Shown here piece by piece: positions 12,013 through 24,950 of a DNA stretch of 42,198 nt. A model generated the notes under the pieces. That model made no database searches, had not been told where the DNA came from, and saw only the letters and a program-made list of their open reading frames with translations. The position numbers and the translations under genes are program-made. The stretch's first letter is position 1. Each line of letters starts with the position of its first letter. This DNA comes from Octopus bimaculoides (lineage: Eukaryota), in assembly GCF_001194135.2 (NCBI RefSeq), contig NC_069010.1:1015011-1057208 (forward strand), in the 5' to 3' direction.

Positions 12013-12315
12013 TTGATAAATGTTTGTCTTGATCCTGATATATCATAGAAATTGGTTGACACACAGGGAATACATATGTTCCAGAAATATACTTCAATTC
12101 TCGAGCTCATTTCTTCTGAACAAATATATCTACACAGGTTTCTTTATATACACATACTTTATTATATTAATCCCGTCTCCACAGATTAGCAGATGAAGTT
12201 TGCAGTACTGCAGGGTGGCAGAAATTACCCAAAACCAGTACCGGTCAGCTAGACACATCGCTAGAAGACGGTAGGGGTTTGCTACCATGTTGGCGTGCCT
12301 ACGAATATTATTTAT

Positions 12316-12317
<2 letters not shown>

Positions 12318-12366
<49 letters not shown>

Positions 12367-12879
12367 CACACACACACATATNNNNNNNNNNNNNNNNNNN
12401 NNNNNNNNNNNNNNNNNNNNNNNNNNNNNNNNNNNNNNNNNNNNNNNNNNNNNNNNNNNNNNNNNNNNNNNNNNNNNNNNNNNNNNNNNNNNNNNNNNNN
12501 NNNNNNNNNNNNNNNNNNNNNNNNNNNNNNNNNNNNNNNNNNNNNNNNNNNNNNNNNNNNNNNNNNNNNNNNNNNNNNNNNNNNNNNNNNNNNNNNNNNN
12601 NNNNNNNNNNNNNNNNNNNNNNNNNNNNNNNNNNNNNNNNNNNNNNNNNNNNNNNNNNNNNNNNNNNNNNNNNNNNNNNNNNNNNNNNNNNNNNNNNNNN
12701 NNNNNNNNNNNNNNNNNNNNNNNNNNNNNNNNNNNNNNNNNNNNNNNNNNNNNNNNNNNNNNNNNNNNNNNNNNNNNNNNNNNNNNNNNNNNNNNNNNNN
12801 NNNNNNNNNNNNNNNNNNNNNNNNNNNNNNNNNNNNNNNNNNNNNNNNNNNNNNNNNNNNNNNNNNNNNNNNNNNNNNN

Positions 12880-12936
<57 letters not shown>
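12318..12936. repeat. (CA)n at 12318-12380 and (TG)n at 12880-12936 flanking an N gap
   Basis: Read directly. Confidence 0.95.
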
Positions 12937-12938
<2 letters not shown>

Positions 12939-12944
12939 TCTTCG

Positions 12945-14327
12945 ATACTTTGATAGGTTTCGGCTAGTATTGGGTCAGGCCATGTCTAACGTAATCGCAC
13001 CACCTGGCGAGGATTCGGACAACATGGCCCACTCGAGGAGAGAGTTATTGTTTACGGAAATATATCCGGGTGTAGGAGGTTTATCCAGAATTTCTTGAAG
13101 GTTTTTGTCCAAAGACTTTTTGAAATGACGAGGTTTGTTTCTCCCTTAATGTATTTTGGTGTAATGTTCAAAATACATTAAAATCGGGGTCAGTTGAGGT
13201 GAAATAATTGTGCCATTCTGTTGTTATGTGATGCGAGTATGATGTCTGCTGTGGGCGGATGGCACGGGGCCCAACACTTTGGTATATCTTAAAGGTGATG
13301 CCAACATCATTTGGACAATGCTGATGGAATATTTGTCACATCGTGCAGTAGATGTAGCGCTCACGGTGACGTTGGAGAGAATTAAGCTTGATCTTTTCTA
13401 ATCGACCCCAATAGTCAAGGCCTGTCATGCCATCTATCCTTTTTGTAATTGACCTTTGACTTCTTTCATCTTTCATGATATTTGTTTCGTGTGGGGAGAC
13501 CGAAGTGAACAGCAGTATTCAAGGTGGAGTCGGGCAAAAGTGGAGAAGAGAAGGATAATGGTGTGGGTATCTCTCGTATGGAAAGTTCTGAGAATCCAAG
13601 GGCATATTCCACGAATCATGTCAACTTTGCTGTTTATATGAGTGGCCCAGCTTATGTTGTTATCCACAAGTCTCCCAAAACTTTGATGTTGAAGGAAGGC
13701 AGCGAGTATGTGAGTTTCAGGATATCCTCTTTTCTGATGTGGATTAAATCTAATTTGATCTTGTTCAGCAGCATATTATTATTTTCCGACCATTAGATGA
13801 CAGCCAGTAGATCTGACGGAAGGCATGTCCAATCACCCACTTCATGGATGACCTTCTGGATCTTGGAATCATCCGCAAAGATTCTTATGTAGCTGTACTT
13901 GATGATGTGAGTAATGTCATTGATATAGATGATGAAAAGGAGTGGGCCCGACACAGTGCCTTGTGGAACACCACTACTGACTTTGGCTGGGCTCGATTTT
14001 ACTCCTTCGATTACGTGTTGGGTTCTGCCTGCCAGTAAACACTTGATCCATCCTAGTAACTTTCCAGAGACACCAAAGTTGGATAGCTTTTTTAAGAGGA
14101 TCTTATGATCCACTCTGTCAAAGGCCTCGCTGAAAGGTAGATGACATCGGTGTTGGAGCCCTCTCCCCAAACTCTCAAGATTATTATCAAAGTGATGCAG
14201 GAGCTGCGTTAGGCACTTCTTCCCATTACGGAAACCATGATGGTTGGGGTTCAGCAGTCTGTTGCTTTCAACAAAGTGGGTGATTCGTGATCTCACCACC
14301 CTCTCAAATACCTTGATGATATGGGGT
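12945..14327 (-). mobile_element. CR1/Jockey-group LINE RT, 5'-truncated
   Basis: IIKVFERVVR...HGFRNGKKCLTQLL...EAFDRVDHKILL...SGVPQGTVSGPLLFIIYIND...IFADDSKI; downstream FARLHLEYCC. Confidence 0.9.
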
Positions 14328-14645
14328 GGCAATGTGTCCGATGCCGGTGTGGCGTATCTGGCACCTCATGGTGACAATGACGTATGACGGAGATCTTTGG
14401 CAAAATGCTATGTTTGAGATGAAGACCTATCAATACAAGTGAAATCATATTCATGGCTGATACGGATGTCATGCAACTGACACGTAAAACCACCCATTGT
14501 ACTCTCGGGGTGATTGGTGTTAGGAAGGGCATCCAGCCGTAAAAACCATGCCAAGTCTGGTGCAGCCCCTGAACTTATCACTTTCCAACCCCTGCCAGCA
14601 TGGACAATGGGCGTAAAATGATGAAGAGGATACTGATGATGATGG
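14328..14645 (+). mobile_element. RTE-family 3' UTR/tail fragment (left arm of the inverted duplication)
   Basis: ggaagggcatccagccgtaaaaaccatgcc...tgccagcatgg...gatgatgatg tail. Confidence 0.75.
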
Positions 14646-14659
14646 TGTCTGCCAGTTTA

Positions 14660-16341
14660 AAAGATTTTAAATTCTAAAAGGTGGTCAATGCTGTTACAGT
14701 TACATCTGGGTAGAATCTACACTCTGTAATGGGGTCTTCAGCAAGGCTGGCTAGAGGTTGCTTCACTAAGACCACTCTAATTACCATGGAGTGGTGTGAT
14801 GGTCCACTTTCACTCAGACCTTTCTGCAATTCCTTGTGAAACTTTGAAGCAGTGATCGCAAAAGGTATTTTTCTGTAACGTACAAGCACAACAACATTAA
14901 CCATCCTCCAAGCTACAATCAAGACACAGTCTTTTGGCATCTGTAAACAGTCACCCATGTTCTCATACCCGTGATTTCAATTATTCAAATATTGATTGGG
15001 AAAAGCTTTCATTGTCCACAAAGAACAAATTAATTCCTTGATTTAATTTTGTGTTGAATTCAAATTGGTCCCAGTTAGTCACCTCTTCTACAACAGGTAA
15101 CAGCCCTTTGGGTCTGCTATTTACCACTATTCGTGAAATTGTCATCAACCTCATGACCAAGGTACATTTAGGTGATTCTAATCATGCTCTAATCTTGCCA
15201 ATATATTTCTAAATGATAAGCAACCATTATAATGGATAAGCCACCAAATAATGGATAAGCCACCATTACCTCTAAATTGCTTGTTTTACGGGAACAATGC
15301 TGCCTAGAACTCCTATTGGACTGATTGGCTTCGAGTTTACAATTCCACAGATATCAAGGCTAAACTTTAGCATATCCTTAATTCAATGTGGGCCGTATGT
15401 AAATTTTCAATACCATATAAATGTTCTAGAAGCCTTAACAGTGTAAAATGGGAGATAGCCATATAATATCAATGAAACGCTGAACGTGAACAGATTACAT
15501 GGAACATAGGATAAAAGAAAAATGATGCAACAGAACATCCAACCATATCAAGTAAGTGAGTAAAACAGGCAGAACTTAAATTAGAAAAACTCATTGTATC
15601 AAACCTGGATAGAAAATAGTTCTGGAAGAATGTACATTCGGAAACAGAGCCCTCACACTTCGATCACACCTCTTCATAATCCTCACGTAAATTATTCATT
15701 TTTCCCGTGCAGGGGTGTAATTTCGAGGTCTTTGCATGCAGACCAAACAAAACCCTAACCCTATCCCCAATGCCAAAGAATGTTTAGAGCTATGCTGGCG
15801 ATTTTACAGTTGAAACCCCAAATAAACCATTTTCAATGCTACAGAGACAACACCTGTTGAATTCACTCCTGTGATGCTGCGAAGCCAAATGAAGATTATG
15901 TGCCACGATGCTTCCTCTTTATTGATGGTGTTGTATATTGGTTCCTTAAATGTGACATCCTCTGTCTGCTACATTAACTTTTTCTCGTCTTTTAATTTGG
16001 TTGACTACAGAACTATGGAAAATTGCCATTGTTATTCTCTTGTCCAACAAGGGCATCAAAAAGGGTGATCACACAACAACTAACAATTAGTGCGCAGCCG
16101 GTTTCACTCACCACCTCATCAAATTAATGGTGCTCTGTGTAAGAGAGAGATACTTTGAAGAATCTGGAATTTGCATAACCGAACCCTAACTCTCACAGAT
16201 TGGATTTATCCCAAATTCCATCAAATAAAATTTCTCTGAAAGCAATCGCCTAAATAACATATGCTGGCTCTTGGGTAGATGTTATTTATCTCGACATCAC
16301 CAAAGCCTTTAATTCTCTGCCACACAAACGAATTATGGTGA
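14660..16341 (+). mobile_element. Decayed CR1-type LINE ORF2 (APE endonuclease and RT start)
   Basis: RDFNYSNIDW, LGDSNHALIL, WKIAIV...PVSLT, VDVIYLDITKAFNSLPHKR. Confidence 0.75.
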
Positions 16342-16442
16342 ANNNNNNNNNNNNNNNNNNNNNNNNNNNNNNNNNNNNNNNNNNNNNNNNNNNNNNNNNN
16401 NNNNNNNNNNNNNNNNNNNNNNNNNNNNNNNNNNNNNNNNNN

Positions 16443-17745
16443 ACGGCCCACATTGAATTAAGGATGTGCTAAAGTTTAGCCTTGACATCTGTAGAATTGT
16501 AAACTCGAAGCCAATCAGTCCAATAGGAGTTCTAGTCATCATTGTTCCCGTAAAACAAGGAATTTAGAGGTAATGGTGGCTTATCCATTATCTGGTGGAT
16601 TATCCATTATTTGGTGGATTATTCATTATAATGGCGGCTTATCCATTATCTGGTGGATTATCCATTATTTGGTGGATTATTCATTATCTGGTGGATTATC
16701 CATTATAATGGTGGCTTATCCATTAGAGATATATTGGCAAGATTAGAGCATGATTAGAATTACCTAAATGTACCTTGGTCGTGAGGCTGATGACAATTTC
16801 ACGAATAGTGGTAAATAGCAGACCAAAAGGGTTGTTACCTGTTGTAGAAGTGAATAACTGGGACCAATTTGAATTCAACACAAAATTACATCAAGGAATT
16901 AATTTGTTTTTTGTGGACAATGAAAGCTTTTCCCAATCAATATTTGAATAATTGAAATCACGAGTATGAGAACATGGGTGACTGTTTACAGATGCCAAAA
17001 GACTGTGTCTTGNNNNNNNNNNNNNNNNNNNNNNNNNNNNNNNNNNNNNNNNNNNNNNNNNNNNNNNNNNNNNNNNNNNNNNNNNNNNNNNNNNNNNNNN
17101 NNNNNNNNNNNNNNNNNNNNNNNNNNNNNNNNNNNNNNNNNNNNNNNNNNNNNNNNNNNNNNNNNNNNNNNNNNNNNNNNNNNNNNNNNNNNNNNNNNNN
17201 NNNNNNNNNNNNNNNNNNNNNNNNNNNNNNNNNNNNNNNNNNNNNNNNNNNNNNNNNNNNNNNNNNNNNNNNNNNNNNNNNNNNNNNNNNNNNNNNNNNN
17301 NNNNNNNNNNNNNNNNNNNNNNNNNNNNNNNNNNNNNNNNNNNNNNNNNNNNNNNNNNNNNNNNNNNNNNNNNNNNNNNNNNNNNNNNNNNNNNNNNNNN
17401 NNNNNNNNNNNNCATGCTGGCAGGGGTTGGAAGGTGATAAGTTTAGGGGCTGCACCAGACTTGGCATGGTTTTTACGGCTGGATGCCTTTCCTACCACCA
17501 ATCACTCCGAGAGTGCAATGGGTGGTTTTATGTGCCACCAGCACGGGTGCCAGTTGCATGACATCCGTATCAGCCATGAATATGATTTCACTTTTATTGA
17601 TAGGTTTTCTTCTCAACCAGACCATTGTGTCAAAGGTCTCCATCATACGTCATTGTCACCATGAGGCCCAACCCGCGAAAAGTGCTTTCTACGTTCTACT
17701 GGCACAGGTGCCAGTTACGCGACACTGGCATCAGACACATTGCCT
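16443..17745 (-). repeat. Right arm of an inverted duplication of 14328-15396
   Basis: 16443-17012 is the reverse complement of 14920-15396; 17413-17745 is the reverse complement of 14328-14601. Confidence 0.85.
16574..16725 (+). repeat. 19-20 bp minisatellite, 8 units (core TGGTGGMTTATYCATTAT)
   Basis: Units split by hand. About 3 units in the other arm at ~15215-15268. Confidence 0.95.
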
Positions 17746-18241
17746 CCGTGAGACCCAAAGCTTGACAGGTGAATTTTATGTGCCACTAGCATGGGTGCCA
17801 GATTGCTCTATGAAGCCCAATGCTCGAAAGATGTTTTTTAGGTTCCAGTTATGCCACACCAGTATCGGACACAGTGCCTACGTGAGGCTTAGCACTCGAC
17901 AAGTGCTTTTTTACGTGGGACCAGTACGGGTTCCAGGTACGCTACACTAGCAGCGGCCACATTGCCTTCGTGAGTTGATTTTTACGTGCTACCAGCACGT
18001 GTGCTAATTACATGACACTAGCATCGGTCAAAACTACGATATCACTTAGCTTGATGGGTCTTCACAAGCACAGTATATTGCCAATGGTCTCAGTCAGTAG
18101 TCATTGCCTACGTGAACCCCAACGTTTGAAAATTACGCTTCACTGCGACACGTCCCATGTCTTTCTTGGTCTACCTTTTCCACAGGTTCCTCCCATAGTT
18201 AGAGATCAGAACTTCTTTACATAGCTTCCTCGACCATAGGG
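17413..18241 (-). mobile_element. RTE LINE 3' end (ORF tail plus repeat-rich 3' UTR)
   Basis: GKGRPRKTWDV-type motif at ~18150-18190, then UTR with recurrent ttttacgtgccaccagcac motifs. Confidence 0.8.
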
Positions 18242-18341
18242 NNNNNNNNNNNNNNNNNNNNNNNNNNNNNNNNNNNNNNNNNNNNNNNNNNNNNNNNNNN
18301 NNNNNNNNNNNNNNNNNNNNNNNNNNNNNNNNNNNNNNNNN

Positions 18342-19522
18342 CTGTGTTAATTTTGTAACCCTTTAAAATGGAAGATAAGAAAGTTTATATTTGGCATTTG
18401 ATACTTTTCTTGTTCCGTAATGGGAAAAATACCTCACAAACAACCAAAGAAATATGCGCAGATTATGGTGATGTTTCTTTTAATCGAAAGAACGGTACGG
18501 AAGTGGTTCGCAAGGTCCCGAGCTGGGGATTGTAGCCTTATTGATAAAGAGCAATAAGGCAGACAATCCACTACAGATGATGACTAAATTAAGTCATTAA
18601 TTGAGAATAACCCACATTTCACAATCTGGGAATTAGCGGAAAGCCTCAACCTATCAAAATCCGTNNNNNNNNNNNNNNNNNNNNNNNNNNNNNNNNNNNN
18701 NNNNNNNNNNNNNNNNNNNNNNNNNNNNNNNNNNNNNNNNNNNNNNNNNNNNNNNNNNNNNNNNNNNNNNNNNNNNNNNNNNNNNNNNNNNNNNNNNNNN
18801 NNNNNNNNNNNNNNNNNNNNNNNNNNNNNNNNNNNNNNNNNNNNNNNNNNNNNNNNNNNNNNNNNNNNNNNNNNNNNNNNNNNNNNNNNNNNNNNNNNNN
18901 NNNNNNNNNNNNNNNNNNNNNNNNNNNNNNNNNNNNNNNNNNNNNNNNNNNNNNNNNNNNNNNNNNNNNNNNNNNNNNNNNNNNNNNNNNNNNNNNNNNN
19001 NNNNNNNNNNNNNNNNNNNNNNNNNNNNNNNNNNNNNNNNNNNNNNNNNNNNNNNNNNNNNNNNNNNNNNNNNNNNNNNNNNNNNNNNNNNNNNNNNNNN
19101 NNNNNNNNNNNNNNNNNNNNNNNNNNNNNNNNNNNNNNNNNNNNNNNNNNNNNNNNNNNNNNNNNNNNNNNNNNNNNNNNNNNNNNNNNNNNNNNNNNNN
19201 NNNNNNNNNNNNNNNNNNNNNNNNNNNNNNNNNNNNNNNNNNNNNNNNNNNNNNNNNNNNNNNNNNNNNNNNNNNNNNNNNNNNNNNNNNNNNNNNNNNN
19301 NNNNNNNNNNNNNNNNNNNNNNNNNNNNNNNNNNNNNNNNNNNNNNNNNNNNNNNNNNNNNNNNNNNNNNNNNNNNNNNNNNNNNNNNNNNNNNNNNNNA
19401 AGATGGAGACACATTGTGCAACAAAATGGTTCATATTTGGTTGATTAAATTGTAATGGCAAGTATTAATTGACCTTTTTCTTTCCTTTAAAAATCAGCAG
19501 GAACTTTCCTGACAACCCCATA
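18342..19522 (+). mobile_element. Mariner element, near full length, centre in a gap, transposase disrupted
   Basis: ATG at 18368: MEDKKVYIWHLILFLFRNGKN...ERTVRKWFAR...LIENNPHFTIWELAE (frameshift and stops). End RWRHIVQQNGSYLVD* at 19448, then TIR-like gaactttcctgacaacccca and TA. Confidence 0.85.
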
Positions 19523-20144
19523 GATTCCTTTCCTATACATGTACATATATGACGTGTCATTGCATCACAACTATGCCTTTCACTAACCAACATTATTTTC
19601 ATCTTTACGTAATTCCAATGTCAAGCAATTGTTCGCAGTTCAAAACTCTATCTAATATTCAATAAATATAATTTGATGATCAATATCTTTATATAGATTT
19701 AATATTGTATTGTTTCAGTTTATATCGATAATAAATATTGCAACCAAAGTCATTCTGGGTATATACCCTATCAGAGACAGCATGTTACGATTGAGAGCTG
19801 ATTAGACAACAATCAACAAAAGCAAAAACAACAATAAATTATCGGAAAACTTTGTAAAGANNNNNNNNNNAACAACAATAAATTATCGGAAAACTTTGTA
19901 AAGAATTTAAAAGGAACAGAAACAAAAAAAAACGTGTCATAAACATACGTGTTTACACATGAATAAGATATTTTAGTTTTTTGTTCGAAAACACAATATT
20001 AACACTTATTTTCCATTTTATCAACAATGCTGACCAAGGGAATTAGGAATGGAACCTACTCTCTTCTTCATTCTGTCAAACACAATAGCTCAGCTGACGA
20101 TAAACCTTATAGAAATCAATTACATGCTGTAATTTTATACTCAC

Positions 20145-20198
20145 GAACTGGCTCTGCCTCTGTCTGAATTTCCTTCTCTGAAAACATTCGACTCCTCC
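20145..20198 (-). other. Putative cassette exon Y2 (54 nt)
   Basis: aatttcag|...|gtgagt; phase-1 frame RSRMFSEKEIQTEAEPV is open. Confidence 0.45.
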
Positions 20199-20519
20199 CT
20201 GAAATTAATATTTCCCAAGTTTTAAATGTTATAGTATCATATATTGTTCTTTATTGATAATCTATATTTTATTATCATCAGACATTTCTTTCATCGATGA
20301 TCAACTGCTCAACACAACGGTTTTGGTTTGCATTTTTAGTTTCAAAAGGTTATCCATGTAATAACACAATATTTAACTCTACAACGAATTAGGTTACCTT
20401 TCTAAATTTCTTTTATCTCTTAAGACATTATACATAACCTAACAACTCTATTGAGACATTCTACATAATCTAACAAATCTGTCATTATTTCATTCAATTA
20501 TCACATGATGACACTGTTC

Positions 20520-20750
20520 TTTTATTGCTTTTGTCTTTCCTTTCTTCTATCTGTGCTAAACATATGACGTGACATTGTCATCGCAAAAATGCCCTTCACT
20601 AACCAACATTTTTCCCATCTTTGCTTAATCCCAATGTCAACCAATTTGGACATTAATGATCTAGCCACAAACACATGACACATCACTTCAAAAGTACGTG
20701 CTGAAGGTAATCATTAGTTTTAATTTCCTGCATCACTGTTCAACAGAATC
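20520..20750 (-). mobile_element. HERO-like RLE end relic (another fragment at ~19540-19640)
   Basis: EVMCHVFVA landmark, homologous to 4260-4510. Confidence 0.55.
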
Positions 20751-21064
20751 TCGCATATCTCTGACATACCCTCTTCTATATATCAATAAAACTTTTATCC
20801 CTCCTTTGATGTCCCCTCAATCAATGTGGTGCATCTGAATGGTCTGAAAATCCCAGTTATAAACAAATCGTATGACACAAAATATACACCTCTGTAGAAA
20901 GATTTAACTGACAGAAACTGTCTTTCAGCTGTCGTAGTTAATATGAGAACAACGTTACAAGGAATATGAAACCCTGCTCACACCCCATTCCACCATCACT
21001 ACTTNNNNNNNNNNAAGGAATATGAAACCCTGCTCACACCCCATTCCACCATCACTACTTTACC

Positions 21065-21400
21065 TCATTTGTCACTAATGATTATCGACGTCAGTCTCTT
21101 GCAGTGCTTTATAAAATACATCAAATTAGTGTCAAATACGTATACATAAATGTTCCACAACATAGTGTTTCCTATGAAATGAAACGAAAACACAATACCA
21201 CCTCGACCATACTGTAACATAGGGTCCATAATCACGGTTTGTATGGATGCGGTCTTGTAACCAAGAAACACCGTAAAATTATAGAGAGTAACAAGGTGTA
21301 GAAGGTTAGTTGAGGGTGCAAAGTTTTGCTGAGGTTCTACCATTTGAGAACTAATCTACGTATGATAAAAATATTGACAATATACAAGGCTTAATATAAT
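21065..21400 (-). pseudogene. Possible GPCR relic, diverged paralog of 5000-5335
   Basis: LYIVNIFIIRRL, QLTFYTLLLSII, GNTMLWNIYVYVF...YFIKH. Confidence 0.25.
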
Positions 21401-21414
21401 GTTTAGAGGCGTTT

Positions 21415-22883
21415 TTGACTGTAAATATAACTAGATATAAATGATTACAATCTCTTCTGGATGAGAACAGATCCTCAGAGGCCAGCTTATAAAACCTAAC
21501 TCTCTGTCCCTTCTTCTCAGTTGCTCAAACNNNNNNNNNNAGCTTATAAAACCTAACTCTCTGTCCCTTCTTCTCAGTTGCTCAAACCAAGCAGATAATG
21601 TTCTGTTAGGGCACCAGACAAGCATTGCTACAGACCGAGGAACGCCATGATAGAAGCCATGCGTTTGATTCGTGCATGAAATTAATAAATCATGGTTTTC
21701 ATCTGAGAGTTCAATGATGCAACCACTGTACCAATCATTCTCATTCGTGTATGCAACATATTTTCAGGACTGTGACTTTGAAATATGTAGNNNNNNNNNN
21801 NNNNNNNNNNNNNNNNNNNNNNNNNNNNNNNNNNNNNNNNNNNNNNNNNNNNNNNNNNNNNNNNNNNNNNNNNNNNNNNNNNNNNNNNNNNNNNNNNNNN
21901 NNNNNNNNNNNNNNNNNNNNNNNNNNNNNNNNNNNNNNNNNNNNNNNNNNNNNNNNNNNNNNNNNNNNNNNNNNNNNNNNNNNNNNNNNNNNNNNNNNNN
22001 NNNNNNNNNNNNNNNNNNNNNNNNNNNNNNNNNNNNNNNNNNNNNNNNNNNNNNNNNNNNNNNNNNNNNNNNNNNNNNNNNNNNNNNNNNNNNNNNNNNN
22101 NNNNNNNNNNNNNNNNNNNNNNNNNNNCATACATCTTGGAATCCGTGAGAAATGTCTTTCTCTGGCTGCTTGTAGACTTGCTTTTGCAGCCACACATTTC
22201 ACCATTTCACTGATGCCCTCAAATGTACTTTTTCCACTTGACATGGCAAAGAAATACAACTCTGCCTCAAGTCCATGATTATTCTAATGATGACAGAGAT
22301 TTGTTTGGTGTCTCTAGTTCCTGTAGTGATCGACTGCACCGTCACTGAATTACAGGAGATGGTTTATGAATGTACGTTTTGTCTCTATATGCGGTCTCAC
22401 CCTCGTAATAAAGCATGCACACTATGGTGTTGTGATTGAAACAATCAGATATGACACAGACTGAAGTGCATTGTGGGTTTGCACCAGTCTTATAGTAGAT
22501 CGCGAATGGATGAATATATTAGACTGGGAATTGTCCCGANNNNNNNNNNATGAATATATTAGACTGGGAATTGTCCCGATGAAACCCTTGTAAGGCGTCC
22601 TGTACTATAATTTCCTGTAAAGTCGGACAATACTATTGGTTCACTTGATGTAAGATCATATCTTTTCATGATTAAGGAAACAAGATTGAGACACTGCTAT
22701 GAAGTCATGGTATTGCAGAGATTCAAACACACTTTCAGTGGTTTGAATGAAAGCATTCACTGGGGAAGGTATTCATAAAGGAGCTGGCCAGTCCACATGT
22801 GCCCACCGCTTGTGCGTTACTAAACCTCGGAGCGATTAAAATACGTCTAATAAATGTTGTTCAAAATGACATGATTCACACAG
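21415..22883 (-). mobile_element. Cys-rich DDE transposase relic with catalytic core
   Basis: FFAMSSGKSTFEGISEMVKCVAAKASLQ (equivalent to FFATSHGKxxCDGxGGTVKR); VVQDAL/FHRD region. Confidence 0.85.
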
Positions 22884-23109
22884 NNNNNNNNNNNNNNNNN
22901 NNNNNNNNNNNNNNNNNNNNNNNNNNNNNNNNNNNNNNNNNNNNNNNNNNNNNNNNNNNNNNNNNNNNNNNNNNNNNNNNNNNTATAGGTCTACAACAAA
23001 ATAGACTGACCTTCCTAAATCTCTTCTCACTATAACGACGTCCTACATAATGTAACAATATTGTACTTATCTCATTTAATTATCACTTGATAACACTGCT
23101 AATCTCTTA

Positions 23110-24950
23110 TATGTCTCCCAAATCTATGACATGATTGTCCTCTCACCTCTAGACTTCACCAACCAACATTCTTCTCGTTTTCTACTCAATTCCATGTCAG
23201 CCAAATTGATCCTCAAAAATCTGGTCACAAAGCCATGACACATCGCTTCAGGTAGGATAAACATAACCCCGCTCTTTTTTTAAAGGTCACTGTTGGCAAT
23301 CTTTAATTCTAACTGACCACATCACACTTCACCAGACAATCATCTGATTCAGGAAATATTTGACAATATTTCAATGTCATTCATCCTCCTTAATAAGCAC
23401 CTTTTGTCAGGTGAGCAATGATTAGTTCTACACAGGTGGAGAGGAAAGTGATAACAGGTATCCCGAAACACTGTACATTTGTACAAAACCTACTTAACTA
23501 CAAAATAACTGTTCATGAACACATTACTACAAAGGAGTTATATCCGAAATGAGTGCTAACAATTTATTCTGAAGAAAATGTAAATAATATCAAACTGGAA
23601 ACACGAAATCTTGTATTTTTCTAGTAGTTTTGAATGATCAGTTGTTTTTTAGCCCATCTTCAGCTTTGCCATGGNNNNNNNNNNCAGTCAACAAGATAGT
23701 GTACCACCATCTTTAACTTTTGGTTTGTCTTTAACTTTTGGAATGAGTTCTCCTGCCATTCGTAACTTCACTTGTTCCCGCTGACCTTTCACTGCATTAC
23801 TTATTTGCTTGAAACCACATTCTTGACCAATTACTTACTCCATCGAGTCTACTAACCAGAACTATTTGCATATCCTTTTAGTCTCTTGTTAGTATTGTTA
23901 TGTCAGCCATGAATATCTTTCCGTTGAGCAATTTCTTCTGGGCATTCTGTTAATCTAAGCAGCATAACCAGAAAGAGCACAAATCAACTGATATTGTGCA
24001 ACCTACAGCCATTCCAGATCCAGAACCTGGCAGGCTTTTGTGAAATTTTCTCTCATGAAACACATTTTGAAATTGTTATAGCAACTTCTCATCAGATTCT
24101 TAATCTCATCCCATATATGAAAGAAATCCCTTGCTTCCATCAACAATGTGTGTATGTTACCAAACCATAAACATTAGCCAGATCAAGCCATACTACATTC
24201 AAATCCCTTTTATTCTTCTTTGCTTCTTATATGGCATCCCAGATTTAACATGCATATTCTACACACACAGACATTCTGCGGATTCCAGTCTTCTGTACAT
24301 TATCAGTCATATAATCATTATTTTGCTGACATGTAGCTGATTTCATAGCAATTGCACCCATGTAAATCTTGCCATTCAAGATAGAAATTGGTTTCAATTG
24401 GCCACTTAATTCTGCTTTAAATTACTTTTATGAGGAAACTCCTTTTGTCTTGCACCATTCATCAACCAATTCACCTTTATCCCACAACTCTCTAAATAGT
24501 AGGTAATGCTTATAACAACTGGGTACAACATTTGTACACGTTCTATGGTACACCATCATCTCTTGTTGAAATTGTCTTCTTCAATAAGCTTTATACTTTT
24601 TCTGGTTGAAATCACTAAGCTAAAATATTTCATTACTGGTTTCATTGGACATTTCAAACCACACATGAGCAGAAAAGATTGGCTTCGCTTTGGGTCGTTG
24701 TATATCTCCCGTATATTCTGGTTCACTTCATCTTTAATGCGTTATAATCTCCCACTCTTCGCATCGGCAGAAACAATCCTAGCACCGTCACAAAGGTTCT
24801 TAAGGAGCTGCTATCTACAGTGTTCACTATCCTTTCTTCTTTCCACATGTCCCTTTGAATGTATTTGATTGTATTGTATCATAGAGCCACTATCTCTCTT
24901 GAAGAAAGGGAACGAGACAACGGTTGTCTGAGCAGCAAACCAACGTCTTC
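23110..24950 (-). mobile_element. Best-preserved HERO-like (R2-group, RLE) retrotransposon relic
   Basis: DAKSGRL...YNDPKRS; DDGVP*NVYKCC; ELWDKGELVDEWCK; PISILNGKIYMG; IWDAI*EAKKNKRDLNVVWLDLANVYG; GMAVGCTISV; FMADI; WSRM; KYKISCFQF; then knuckle and RLE remnants. Confidence 0.9.

Noticed and set aside
12090-12290. Candidate exons upstream of the RING exon
   Set aside because: No AG..GT pair gave an open frame ending in phase 2 with a recognisable protein.
12318-12936. (CA)n...(TG)n as a functional inverted repeat
   Set aside because: Such tracts are ubiquitous in this genome and the intervening gap is unresolved.
11811-13098. HT/CV-repeat and SL-repeat ORFs (also 6569-6796 and 29861-30213)
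   Set aside because: Translations of microsatellites.
16574-16725. CRISPR-like repeat array
   Set aside because: Contiguous tandem units with no unique spacers, in eukaryotic DNA with no cas genes.
19830-23684. Short direct repeats on both sides of 10-N gaps (19861, 21005, 21531, 22540)
   Set aside because: Typical overlapping contig ends left unmerged by scaffolding, so assembly artefacts.
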